Below, one piece after another: positions 25,591 to 37,590 of a stretch of 64,000 nucleotides of DNA. Each line of letters opens with the position of its first letter. Positions within the stretch are counted from its first letter, which is position 1. Source of the DNA: Octopus sinensis. Lineage: Eukaryota. The notes beneath the pieces were generated by a model. The model searched no databases. It was not told the origin of the DNA and saw only the letters and a program-made list of their open reading frames with translations. Made by a program: the position numbers and the translations under genes. The stretch covers positions 5,456,001 through 5,520,000 of the forward strand of contig NC_042999.1 of NCBI RefSeq assembly GCF_006345805.1, written 5' to 3'.

Positions 25591-26021
25591 GTGTGTGTGT
25601 GTGGTGTGTGTGTGTGTCTTCTAGGATCTTGGGCATCCCCCATCCGATTGCGCTCAAATTTGATATGTCGATACCGACGGTATCAGGGCGTGTATAAATC
25701 TTGAAAAAATTGCAAAAATCGATTCCAGGTGAGAATGCGATCGATAAAGTGAATAAAATCGTTTTTCTTTGGAATAGAAAAAAGTCTATCTTTATTTCTT
25801 CTTTTGCTGGCGTCTCAAATTTAGGTTAAATCAGTGATTCTCAAAGGAGAGGCCTATGGGACGGTCGGACAAGTTGTTTTGGGAAAGTTTGTTTTAAATA
25901 TTTGACAACTCAGTACCGTCCGTTGGACGCGGAGGGCGTTTTGCTCGAGTATATATACCGTGTGTATCGTTGGCGATTTTTTTCCTACGTCTTCCCTTCC
26001 TTGGACCTTTCCTTTTCCTAC

Positions 26022-26056
26022 GTTTCTGACGAAGAGCTCCGCTCGAAACGTTAAAT
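26022..26056 (+). ncRNA. Minimal type I hammerhead ribozyme candidate, family B (tandem copy)
   Basis: Identical to 25388-25422, 634 nt downstream. Confidence 0.65.
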
Positions 26057-26154
26057 CCTCCTTCTTTCTTTCCTTTCCTGAGCGTCCAATAACACTATAC
26101 TTGTTCCACGTCCTCGCGTTGTTGTGTTTTCTCTTAGTGTTTTCATGTTTGGAT

Positions 26155-26282
<128 letters not shown>

Positions 26283-27095
26283 AAGTCTATATTGATAGAC
26301 ATAATAGAGTTGTTATTTCACAGTGATTTCGAGATCTGTGATCAATGACGTTTTATCCAGTTGTGGGTATCTTGCATGTTTCTCTATCAGGGATAACAAC
26401 GAACCCTTCTATATTTAAGATGATAGGATGCTGTTTGAGAGAAACCCGATTGCCATTTCCAGCTGGTCGTGCGTCCGTGTAAAGCCACTACAAATGGTTT
26501 GTTTTAAAGGAGAAGATGAAGTGGTTAGTTAGCAATTACAATGTTTTTCACACGATTCTCCGAAAGCCAGTAAATGAAATGGCGAAAATAATTCATTGTA
26601 ATCTATTGAAATCTTAAAACTTTCAATCCCTAACAACATTACAAGATCTTATAAATGAGAACTGTTAGCTTCCCATCGTTCCATATTTTATGACTATATC
26701 CGGTTGCGAGTGTTTTGTATAAGTTGACGATTACTTAAAAGCAAGTATAAAAATAGAACAAAACATCAATTCATACAACTACGGAGCATTCAAGTTCAAA
26801 GGAAATGCAAATATTGAGATATGTCTTAAAATAGCATGAAAGATGAGTACCATCAAGGTTGTTAAATGGGTCTGTATCAAGTGATACTCCGTGACGTCAC
26901 GTTGGTTTTTCTCCAGGGTCAATCTGAACCTGCACTTATGCTGAGTCAGCATCATAAGAGTAATATAGAGTTTTTATTTAAATGACTCCGAGTCAAAAGA
27001 AGCCATGACACCACAAAATGAGGCACCACCAAATTAAATGCATCACAGAATTTAATATTGAATATATTCCGTGTTTAAAATTTTCTAATAGTGCC

Positions 27096-27488
27096 AGGGT
27101 GCAAGTGTGGCTGTGTGGTAAAAAGCCTGCTTCCCAACCACGTGATTCCCGGTTCAGTCCCACTGCGTGGCACCTTGGGCAAGTGTCTTCTACTATAGCC
27201 TCGAGCCGAACAAAAACTTGTGAGTGGATTTGTTTGACGAAAACTGTAAGAATCCCGTCATATAAATGTATATATTTATGTGTGTGTGTGTCTTTGTGTC
27301 TGTGTTTGTCCCCCCAACATCGCTTGACAACCGATGTTGGCGTGTCTATGCTCATGTAACTTAGCAGTTTGGCAAAAGAGACCGATAGCATACAAAGAAT
27401 AAGTCCTGGGGTCGATTTGTTCGACCAAAAAGGCGGTGCTTTATCATGGCCGCAGTCAGATGACTGAAAAAAGTAAAAGAATAAAAGA
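27096..27488 (+). mobile_element. SINE family 1
   Basis: As other copies. Confidence 0.9.
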
Positions 27489-27704
27489 ACATTATAATGA
27501 GATCTGCTTCTCTTTCTAACAGAGTCACCAGTTGCCTTTACAAGAGATTAATGAAGATCAGAGTTTAATCAGTTTAGTCAAATTAATTAGCTTCAGATTC
27601 CACATTCGTTTTGCTGTAACGATTTCTTCGAAGAGAATCGTGATCAAAGAAAAGTGTACTGGGCAGGTTTCTTTTTTTAAAATTTGGTTCGTTAATTGTA
27701 TGTA

Positions 27705-27777
<73 letters not shown>

Positions 27778-27940
27778 TGTGATTGTATGTGTGTGTGTAA
27801 ATTAGAAAAAAAACACCTTTCATAAATTCAAAATGAAAAATCAAATTACACCATCTAGAAAGATTAAATACAAGATAAAACATATAACGATGATTAAGTA
27901 ATGTGCAAAATAATAAATAAAACGTATATATTTGGTAGAA

Positions 27941-28053
27941 TAACGACACGTGTTTCGTGGCTATATTTAAGAAATGATTATAGTAAAAATATTAGTAGTA
28001 GTAGTAGTAGTAGTAAAATTACTTCAATATAAATATAGCTACTCATCAGGTTA
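27941..28053 (-). ncRNA. Type I hammerhead ribozyme with canonical core and GUC cleavage triplet
   Basis: UAAC CUGAUGA GUAGCUAUAUUU [62 nt] AAAUAUAGCCAC GAA ACACGUGU C GUUA: stem I 4 bp, stem II 11/12 bp, stem III an 8-nt palindrome. Confidence 0.8.
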
Positions 28054-28134
28054 AAGATAATTACAATAATAAAATAACTAATCAATAAATATACGTAAAT
28101 AATCTTTTATTATATATATATATATATATATATA

Positions 28135-29050
28135 TCATCATCATCACCATCATCAACATCATCATCATCATCATCATCATTGAACATCCGTCCTCCATGG
28201 CGGCATGGATTGGACGGTCTGTTAAGAGCCAGCCAGATGGAGAGCTCCCCAGATCCCCATTTTGTCTGATTTGGCATGGTTTCAACGGCTGGATACCCTA
28301 CTTGACGCCAGCCACTTTAAAGAGTGTACTAAGTGCTTTTAATGTAGCACCAGCACGGGCGCTGTTACGTGTTACATGGGCGTCACTATGCAGCGCCGGC
28401 ACGGGTGTTTTTACGCGCAACCAGCACCCACGATCCCGCAAAACTAGGACCCCTCAGCTGAGCGCGGGACGTAGACGGCATGTCTGTAGGTAGGCACAGC
28501 CACGATTTTATTTAACTTGACGTGTCTTCTCAATGACAGCAACCTGCCAGACGTTTCGGTCTCTTGTCATCTCTGTGAGGCCCCAAATCTCAAGGTCCTT
28601 TCTCACCACTTCATCCTATGTCACCCTGGGTCCACCCTTCTTCACATTCCCTCCACAGAGATCAGCACTTCTTGATGCAGCTGTCCTCATCCACACGCAT
28701 CACATGACCATACCAGCACAGTCTCCCCTCTACCACACTACATCTGATGCCTCATATACCCAATTTTTCACTCAGACCACTTATTCTATCCTACAGTCAC
28801 ACTGGCATTGCCCACCCAGCTGACTATGTTGGCTTCATTTCTTTCAAGCGTTCGCATGTCCTCAGTAGTCACAGCCCATGTCTCACTCCATGTAGCATAG
28901 CTGCTCGTATCCATGCATCAGACAATCTACCTTCTACTCTGAGGGAGAGGCCCTTAGTTACCAACAAAGGTAGCTGCTCTCTGAACTTTGCCCAGCCCGT
29001 TCTTATTCTAGCAATTACGCTTTCAGAAGTACTTCCTCCACTGCTCTATA
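28135..29050 (-). mobile_element. RTE-clade LINE 3' fragment with (ATG)n tail
   Basis: SSGGSTSESVIARIRTGWAKFREQLPLLVTKGLSLR..GRL..C.R.AMLH.SETW; (CAT)n on the + strand near 28135-28180. Confidence 0.85.
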
Positions 29051-29364
29051 GAAACACTCAAGCTCTGCTAATTAAATTGAGGGAGATTTTCTTTCTGACA
29101 AATAGACAGCTAACTGGAAAAAGAAATGTCTATCTATCTTCATATATATATATATTGTTAATCCTTGAGCACACCAATTCAAAAATTTTTTACTCTGTTT
29201 CCCTTTGGGACCTTCCTTCTCCTGTTTTGCGACGAAAGAGCCTCCGCTCGAAACGTTAAACCATCCTTTCTTCTTTCCTGCGTCTAATACTATTAATTGT
29301 CCACGTCCTGAGTACTGTGTTTTTTTCTTTTTCGTGTTTCTTGTTTGGATTATACTTTATATAT

Positions 29365-29410
<46 letters not shown>

Positions 29411-29496
29411 CATATATTATATAGAGAGATATTTAAAGCTTCAGCTCAGAGCTGCGGCTCATGCTGATGCCACCGCCGTTGTTCCGTTATTACTAA

Positions 29497-29862
29497 GAGC
29501 CTCCTCTAATATGTGGCACTTGATGAAGAATGGAGCTTGATATAGCTACCCTCGTTTGCACCTCTTGCCGTGAGGTAGGCTCATCTGGGATTCTCGACAG
29601 GAATAGGTCCAGCTTTGATTTTAAAACCCCTACATCTACTTTGTGCAAGTTCCTAAGACTCTTTGGGAGAATATTAAAAAGCTGTAGGCCCTTGAAACCC
29701 AGGCTGTTGCAGTAGCTGGTCCTGAAGCGTGATGGCATTGCTGGGATCTTTGGCACTATGCAGTGTCGTCCCGTTCTGGCATTGGTGTAGCTTTCAATGC
29801 CAAATTTGGCACAATTCCTTCCAGGATATTCCAGATATATATTACTGCATACCTCTCCCGGT
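29497..29862 (-). mobile_element. CR1/L2-group LINE 3' RT fragment (left arm of inverted pair)
   Basis: LEGIVPNFGI..RTGRHC..NSLGFKGLQLFNILPKSLRN..KSKLDLFLSRIPDEP. Confidence 0.85.
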
Positions 29863-29950
29863 ATATATATATAATATATACTATGAGTACTATTTTTTCC
29901 ACCTTGTTTCACATTTATGTGTTTACTCCGGTTATAGTATATATATATAC

Positions 29951-30013
<63 letters not shown>

Positions 30014-30065
30014 CGGAGTAAACACATAATGTGAACCAGGTGGAAAAAAGAGTACTCAGAGTAAA

Positions 30066-30132
<67 letters not shown>

Positions 30133-30148
30133 ATATATATATATATAT

Positions 30149-30515
30149 ACCGGGAGAGGTATGCAGTAATATATATCTGGAATATCCTGGAAGGAATTGT
30201 GCCAAATTTTGGCATTGAAAGCTACACCAATGCCAGAACGGGACGACACTGCATAGTGCCAAAGATCCCAGCAATGCCATCACGCTTCAGGACCAGCTAC
30301 TGCAACAGCCTGGGTTTCAAGGGCCTACAGCTTTTTAATATTCTCCCAAAGAGTCTTAGGAACTTGCACAAAGTAGATGTAGGGGTTTTAAAATCAAAGC
30401 TGGACCTATTCCTGTCGAGAATCCCAGATGAGCCTACCTCACGGCAAGAGGTGCAAACGAGGGTAGCTATATCAAGCTCCATTCTTCATCAAGTGCCACA
30501 TATTAGAGGAGGCTC
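30149..30515 (+). mobile_element. CR1/L2-group LINE 3' RT fragment (right arm, near-identical inverted copy)
   Basis: RERYAVIYIWNILEGIVPN... same peptide as the left arm. Confidence 0.85.
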
Positions 30516-30788
30516 ACAACGTAGTGACAGACGAAATACCGCTAAGCATTTCATCCTGCGTGCTAACGTTTCTGCCACCAGTCCTGCTTCCCTTCAGTTC
30601 AAAAATTTGAGCAAAGTCGACTCCAACATTGGGACCATGTTCGTGCAGGCGTGAAGGCATGCTGGAAAAACACTGCTCTCTCTAAATGAAAACCTTACCT
30701 GTCATTGTGGTTTCCTGGCATGGAATAAAGCAGGCCTGGCCACCCACTGAAGGAAACATGTAGTAAATGTTCCACACTATATATATAG

Positions 30789-30828
<40 letters not shown>

Positions 30829-30832
<4 letters not shown>

Positions 30833-31060
30833 GGAGTAAACACATAAATGTGAAACAAGGTGGAAAAAAGAGTACTCAAATACCAGTGGTAGAGTAATAT
30901 GCTTTATTTAAAGCAGCAGAAAATTCAACAAAACCTGTTACTCTGAGTTTCCCGTTGCCGTTCATCGGACAGTTTTTTCTAGCAAAAACTGTCCGATGAA
31001 CGGCAACGGGAAACTCAGAGTAACAGGTTTTGTTGAATTTTCTGCTGCTTTAAATAAAGT
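30829..31060. mobile_element. PLE-like end family A forming a 76-bp-arm palindrome with a hammerhead-like motif on each strand
   Basis: Arms 30902-30977 / 30984-31059; AAAACUGU CCGAUGA ACGGCAACGG GAA ACUCAGAGU A ACAG. Confidence 0.75.
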
Positions 31061-31064
31061 ATAT

Positions 31065-31368
31065 ATATATATATGAAGATAGATAGACATTTCTTTTCCA
31101 GTTAGCTGTCTATTTGTCAGAAAGAAAATCTCCCTCAATTTAATTAGCAGAGCTTGAGTGTTTCTATAGAGCAGTGGAGGAAGTACTTCTGAAAGCGTAA
31201 TTGCTAGAATAAGAACGGGCTGGGCAAAGTTCAGAGAGCAGCTACCTTTGTTGGTAACTAAGGGCCTCTCCCTCAGAGTAGAAGGTAGATTGTCTGATGC
31301 GTGGATACGAGCAGCTATGCTACATGGAGTGAGACATGGGCTGTGACTACTGAGGACATGCGAACGCT
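31065..31368 (+). mobile_element. Inverted duplicate of 28847-29152 (RTE fragment plus flank)
   Basis: Near-identical reverse complement that includes the non-RTE junction. Confidence 0.9.
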
Positions 31369-31799
31369 AGATGCGGTTTGTGCACCAGGGAGGCATACTT
31401 TATATTGAAAAACTATAATCATGCTATGTTGAATAAATTTACTGACGCAATACCAGCTTGTACACATAGGATCCTCTCTACGTTTTTGAAGAAATTTAAA
31501 AATAAAAACAAGAAATATAAATTAGAAATAATAATAGAAATATAATTAAAACATAATATAATAATTAAATAATTTTTTAAAAAATAACAATAGGTATAGT
31601 ATAAGATTGCAATAGTGTAATAGGTATGATTTGAACTTAGATAACTAATTTCATAAAAACATGGGAATAAAATTAAAGTGCAATAATGGGTTTGTCTGGG
31701 TTGAACTTAGCACATGCCTTTACAGTAGTCTTCTGATTATATGCTAATTAGGTAATATTAGATAACTGTAAAGCGCAATGTCTTAATTTTTTCCGAGTG

Positions 31800-33484
31800 G
31801 CTTCCGTTCAACATCAAACATTCGGTTTGTCAAGGGTGTCTGCTCTCCCCGCTTTTGTACGTGATGGCTCTTGAGCCATTACTGCGAAAATTGAGCGGCA
31901 TCCCGAGACAGCCAGGTTGTGGAAGGTTGGGGGTCTTTTCCTTTTGAACGGCACTTCGTAACATAATTTCTAGGTAACTAAACACTTTTAAACTTCGTAT
32001 ACTGGTAGAATGTGTTTATAAAACATCATTTTCTCTTGGCTTTATTGAGAAAATTCTATAGTTTGTAAGATATTTCGTTAGGGTGAGTTAGGGTTAGGGT
32101 TAGAGTTAGGGGTGGGGGAAGGGTATCTTTTTTTCTTCACAAATGTAAATAAACTCAATCTGTTTCTTAAACGAGGGACATATTCATACAACACGGAATG
32201 TTGTTTACGTCAATAGACGTCAGCGATTGGTTAAAATTGCCGAAATGCTCGAAATTTCAGACGAAATATCTTACAAACTATAGAATTTTCTCAATAAAGT
32301 CAAGAGAAAATTATGTTTTATAAATACATTCTACCAGTATACGAAGTTTAAAACTTTTTAGTTACCTAGAAATTATATTACAAAGTGCCGTTCAAAAGGA
32401 AAAGATCCAAAGTTGGTTTCAGCTTACGCGGATGACATCACCATCATCGTAACCGAAATGGATCACCTACAGAGGGTAGGCAAGGCCATTAAGGTTTACG
32501 AGACGGTGGCAGGAGCAAAAGTTAATCGTGAAAAGTCAGTCGGCTTGCAGCTCGACACCTGGAGAGGCAAGTCGATGCCTCTTGACAACGTCGTGGGACG
32601 TTGGACGGAGGGTCCGATTAAGTTGCTAGGAGTTTGGTTTGGACCAGACCTCCAAATAGAGAAGAACTGGGTCGAGGTATCGAGCAGGGTGACCCACATA
32701 GTCAAGGCCTGGTCTTGGCGGTGGCTATCCCTGAAAGGGAGGGCGGAGGTAGCCAATGTGTTCATCGCATCGGTCATCACCTACTGCCTAACCGTCATTC
32801 CTTGCCCTAATTCGTGGTTGACCAAGCTGGAAAGACAGCTCTTCCACTTCCTGCGAGCAGGATAGGGAAACCATCCCGCATGCTATTGTTCAAAGTTCGG
32901 AGGTGTCAGATGTGTGGGTTTATGCTGAACAACTGTTGTCAAGTACACGAAGAGTACAGCTGTCGACTGAGTCTATTGTAAAAATTGACCCGCCTGATTT
33001 CCTTTCGAAAGAAGGTAAGAATTGTTTTCTCATTGTAGTAGCAATTGCGAGAGAGGTAATTTGGAAGACGAGGCTGAAAGGGTTAGAGTCAGGCAATTTC
33101 ATCTCTGACCCTGAGTTGGTGAATTACTTCACCTTTCACCTTAAAAGGAAAATAGGGCTAGATAGAAAATGCCTGACTGAAAATGTTTGAAAATTGATGG
33201 AAGAATGTAGCACGGATGTTGCGCGTGGATGAAACCTCATGAATGCGACACAGGATGTAACTCAGGTATCAGTGGCAAGGCAGAGATCGTGGGGTCCGAA
33301 TTAAACCCCACCCCACTCCATCCGTAATGTCTTCCAGTCTGTCCTACCATTCGATTTTATTATATTTTCTTATTTTTGTAAAATTTTTAATGTCATTTTT
33401 TTTTTGTATAATCATTCGCTCATCTGACCCCAAAATCAGATTGTATTGTCCCCTCTTTGTTGGCCCCTTGTGGGTAATAAAAAT
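31800..33484 (+). mobile_element. L1/Tx1-clade LINE fragment (RT, C-terminal domain, 3'UTR), MITE-interrupted and internally deleted
   Basis: RQGCLLSPLLYVMALEPLLRKL...RLVSAYADDITIIV..YETVAGAKVNREKS..LSLKGRA..IAREVIWKTR. Confidence 0.88.
31931..32408. mobile_element. MITE with about 150-bp TIRs and an internal TTAGGG-like tract
   Basis: GGGTCTTTTCCTTTTGAACGGCAC... / ...GTGCCGTTCAAAAGGAAAAGATCC; 8-bp TSD AAGGTTGG / AAAGTTGG. Confidence 0.9.
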
Positions 33485-33979
33485 CGATTTTCGAGTGGCT
33501 GGCATTTTCTTAGTCTCTTGTTGTGTGAACGGTTTTCCAGTGACTTTTGTGGGTTTGTTACATTGTTGCAGTTGTTTTGCGATTTTGCTAATTTTATTGC
33601 TTCTTTGAAGCGACTTGTTAATTCCCTCTTTCCCTGCGGGTGAATTATTGATGAACTGTGCGGCTTTAAGCCAATTCTGTGGGGCGTAAACCCAAATTTT
33701 TGTGTTCGGCGTTTTGCCGAAATTGTATTCTGTAAAAAAAAAAAGAAACAAGAAGCAACATCATGGAGTCGCCATTGAGTTCAAGGGACTCACCAAGCAA
33801 TTCAATCTTGGATATGCCTGCTTTTGTAACAGGTGCTATGGCATGATATGGGGTTTTTTTCGGGTGTTCTAAAGTTGGTCACCCTTTTTACTCTTTTAAA
33901 CAGTTTGGCACCAAACTCACCAGGTAAACAACCTCGAGAGCAAGAGACGGCTTCGGTCATAACACACGATGTGCCACAT

Positions 33980-34142
33980 AGGCGCAGGATTGGCTGCGTG
34001 GTAAATAGCTTGCTTACCAACCACACAGTTCCGGGTTCAGTCCCACTGCGTGGCAGCTTGGACAAGTGTCTTCTACTATAGCCTCGGGCCGACCAAAGCC
34101 TGGTGAGTGGATTTGGTAGACGGAAACTGAAAGAAGCCCGTC

Positions 34143-34196
<54 letters not shown>

Positions 34197-34428
34197 ATAT
34201 ATGAGTGTGTGTGTGTTTGTGTGTCTGTGTTTGTCTCCCCAACATCGCTTGACAACCGATGCTGGTGTGTTTACGTCCCCGTTACTTAGCGGTTCGGCAA
34301 AAGAGACCGATAGGATAAGTACTAGTTCTTACAAAGAATAAGCCCTGGGGTCGATTTGCTCGACTAAAAAGGCGGTGCTCCAGCATGGCCGCAGTCAAAT
34401 GACTGAAACACGTAAAAGAGTAAAAGAG
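33980..34428 (+). mobile_element. SINE family 1, full length
   Basis: As other copies. Confidence 0.92.
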
Positions 34429-34565
34429 AGAAAAGTTAACCTTTAACAAGATAGGGCGCGGTTCTCTCCTCCCAGATGGCAGTTTTATTATCTGCATTTT
34501 TCTTTCCTCGATAGCCAACACAGTAAATCATTTCTATCAATAAATCTATTAAACGTCATGAGTGT

Positions 34566-35364
34566 GGGTATTACTAGCGAACAGTGGTCCCGGTGCGCGC
34601 ACTCGCGCATTCGCGCTAGCTAGTCGTAAGTAGTCGATCCTACAACGACTTTTTAACCCTAACTCAAAACCTAACCCTAACCCTAAACCTTAGTTTGTAT
34701 ATAAAAATAATTTATTTACTTCGTGTAAAAAATTATTTACTTTGCGTTTTATTTTCTTTGTTTGAAAAATATTTAATTTGTGTAAAAAAATTAGGATCTT
34801 TTCGGGTTGACCAGCATTTTTTTAAAATAATTTCCACGTAACTAAACACTTTTAAACTTCGTATACTGGTAGAATGTGTTTATAAAACATCTTTTTCTCT
34901 TGGCTTTATTGAGAAAATTCTATTGTTTGTAAGATATTTGTTGTTTTTTCTTCAATTTCTGCAATTTCAACCAATCAATGACGTCCATTGAGGTAAAAAA
35001 CATTCTGTGCCGTATGAATATGTCCCTCGTTTAAGAAACAGATTGGGTTTATTTACATTTCTGAAGAAAAAAAAGATACCCTTCCCTCCACCCCTAACCC
35101 TAAAACAGATTGAAATGCAATAGATCGACACTAGGGTCATAATTATGGGTAACAATTTCATATGACACCGCTAGAAAAAACTGCCGTTCAAACCGAAAAG
35201 ATCCAAATAATTTATTTATTTAGTTTAAAAAATTATTTACTTTGTTCGAAAAATATTATTTAATTTTCTTTGATATGGATTCAGCTTTGAAATACAAACA
35301 TACGCGCAAGTCGTTGTAATTGTGCGAGTGCACGCACCGGGACCACTGTTCGCTAGTCGTACCC
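34566..35364. mobile_element. MITE with about 45-bp GC-rich TIRs and (CCCTAA)-like tract, hosting a nested MITE
   Basis: GGGTATTACTAGCGAACAGTGGTCCCGGTGCGCGCACTCGC / GCGAGTGCACGCACCGGGACCACTGTTCGCTAGTCGTACCC. Confidence 0.8.
34795..35207. mobile_element. Nested MITE, same family as 31931-32408 but with short TIRs
   Basis: GGATCTTTTCGG / CCGAAAAGATCC ends; shared internal sequence. Confidence 0.85.
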
Positions 35365-35957
35365 TGGATGTGTTTCTTTTATAAATACACGCAGCTAGCT
35401 AAACCACACGACGATGGTCTTCAACAATACAACATACACAAAGAAACAACCCTCACGACAAAACAATCTATCCTGGAGGATTCAGAATTCAGGGCGACAT
35501 CTAATTATCTTGTTATAGTTAGTTGCAAGTCACACGATTTGTACTGGAAATGAGTTGTCATTAGCAGTTCTCACATGACAGAGGCCTAATTAACAACCCG
35601 GATGATACTCGACCACAAAGAGCTTCTCATAATACAAGCCATCAAAATCCTTATTTTAATTCATATACTAACACTTCATCTTACTGTTACTGATTTCACT
35701 GTGGCCAGGCTGGAGCACTGCATTCAAGGATTTACGTCGGTCTCATTGACGTCAGTGACTTACTTTCAAATTTAGTTTATTGAGCTATTTGGAGTTGGTC
35801 ATTAAAAACTAGTTGCATTATATTAAGACGACATAACTTGAATAGTTGCTAATCAGTGGAAACAGAAACACAGACAAGGACACACACACACACACATACA
35901 CTAACGTGCACGCGCACACGTACGCACTCATACATAATGTACATATACATATCTACG

Positions 35958-36342
35958 TAGGAGGCGCAATGGCCCAGTGGTTAGGGCAGCGGACTCGCGG
36001 TCGTAGGATCGCGGTTTCGATTCCCAGACCGGGCGTTGTGAGTGTTTATTGAGCGAAAACACCTAAAGCTCCACGAGGCTCCGGCAGGGGATGGTGGTGA
36101 TCCCTGCTGTACTCTTTCACCACAACTTTCTCTCACTCTTACTTCCTGTTTCTGTTGTACCTGTATTTCAAAGGGACGGCCTTGTCACTCTCTGTGTCAC
36201 GCTGAATATCCCCGTGAACTACGTTAAGGGTACATGTGTCTGTGGAGTGCTCAGCCACTTACACGTTAATTTCACGAGCAGGCTGTTCCGTTGATCGGAT
36301 CAACCGGAACCCTCGTCGTCGTAACCGACGGAGTGCTTCCAT
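35958..36342 (+). mobile_element. tRNA-type SINE (head X plus tail Y)
   Basis: GGAGGCGCAATGGCCCAGTGGTTAGGGC...GGTTTCGATTCCC with A/B-box-like motifs. Confidence 0.85.
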
Positions 36343-36459
36343 ACATATGTACGTGCATACATACATACATACACACAAACACACACATATATATTGATAT
36401 ATTATATTAGAGAAAAAATCAAAACCAAAGTAGGACGAGTATCTCAAGTCATTTAGAAT

Positions 36460-37150
36460 AATTTAATTAGGGTATGGGTGAATTTGAAGTCTTACAGCCT
36501 TTCTTTAAGGTTATTTACATATGATGCCAAATGCCATAGATGTCCTATATTTAAAATCGTTAAAAGAACTTAGGTGGCTTCGGTACCTCTGCTTGAAGTC
36601 TATCGAACTACCAATATATATTTTTCTCTGGCCATTCTGCGTTTCAATGCTACATTTATAAATAACATTATCCTGGAAACAATTTCTGCTAATCGGACAT
36701 CATAGAGGGTCCCTACAATTACACTTTTTGCGTCCTTTATGGGGTCTACTGCTCGCATTATTTAGCATACCGATTGCTTCCGTCCTTCCAATGCTGGGAT
36801 CCACAGTATTATTTGTACGTTCATTCATGTTTCTGGTATAACCCAAGTGGTAGATTAGCATGTCCGTGCACTGGGTATGCCGTCATCAGAGACATGGTAT
36901 GAATATTTTAGACGGGGAATATTTACAGTTTACAAGGAATAGAATTCCCATTTTATAAGGGAGTAAAATAGAAGAATAAAGAGTAAAAGTAGTTAGAAGA
37001 ATATAGGCAGGAGAATAATGTTCACAACTGATCTTTTCCCAGAGGATATGAAGGTACAGGTTTTTAGTTAAAATCCGAAGTAAACCTAGGCAGTATTTTG
37101 GTAGTGTTCTCAATGATGCATTCATATTGTAAACGTGTATATAGAGCTAG
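36460..37150 (-). mobile_element. Penelope-like element remnant with GIY-YIG endonuclease
   Basis: KCNCRDPL*CPISRNCFQDNVIYKCSI..KIYIGSSIDFKQRYRSHLSSF; degenerate CUGAUGA motif at 36855-36893. Confidence 0.85.
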
Positions 37151-37309
37151 AAAGTATGATGGACATGAATGGCTTTTGTGAGTGGGAAAACTCACAGTTT
37201 ATAAGAGGAATAAAATAGAATACTTAAAGCACCACCACTAATACTAATAACTCTAATACGACCGATACCACCACTTCTACTATTACTAGTGTCATCGACA
37301 GTGATAATA

Positions 37310-37381
37310 CCATTACTACTACTACTACTACTACTACTACTAATAATAATAATAATAATAATAATAATAGTAATAATAATA

Positions 37382-37420
<39 letters not shown>

Positions 37421-37477
37421 TCATAATAATAATAATAATAATGATCATAATAATAATAATAATAATAAATAATAATA

Positions 37478-37541
<64 letters not shown>

Positions 37542-37590
37542 TCATAATAATAATAATAATAATGATCATAATAATAATAATAATAATAAT
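37310..37590. repeat. (ACT)n/(AAT)n microsatellite
   Basis: Read directly from the sequence. Confidence 0.97.

Noticed and set aside
26890-26950. CRE (GTGACGTCAC) and AP-1 (TGAGTCA) motifs as an enhancer
   Set aside because: Short motifs are expected by chance in 64 kb, and there is no supporting gene context.
29224-29262. Family-B hammerhead copy
   Set aside because: The core is corrupted (TGCGACGA), so it is counted as a decayed repeat copy rather than a ribozyme.
32084-32116. Interstitial telomere
   Set aside because: Only a few degenerate TTAGGG units, located inside a MITE.
35958-36030. tRNA genes at SINE heads
   Set aside because: A/B-box-like motifs are present, but there is no complete cloverleaf and each continues into a SINE body.
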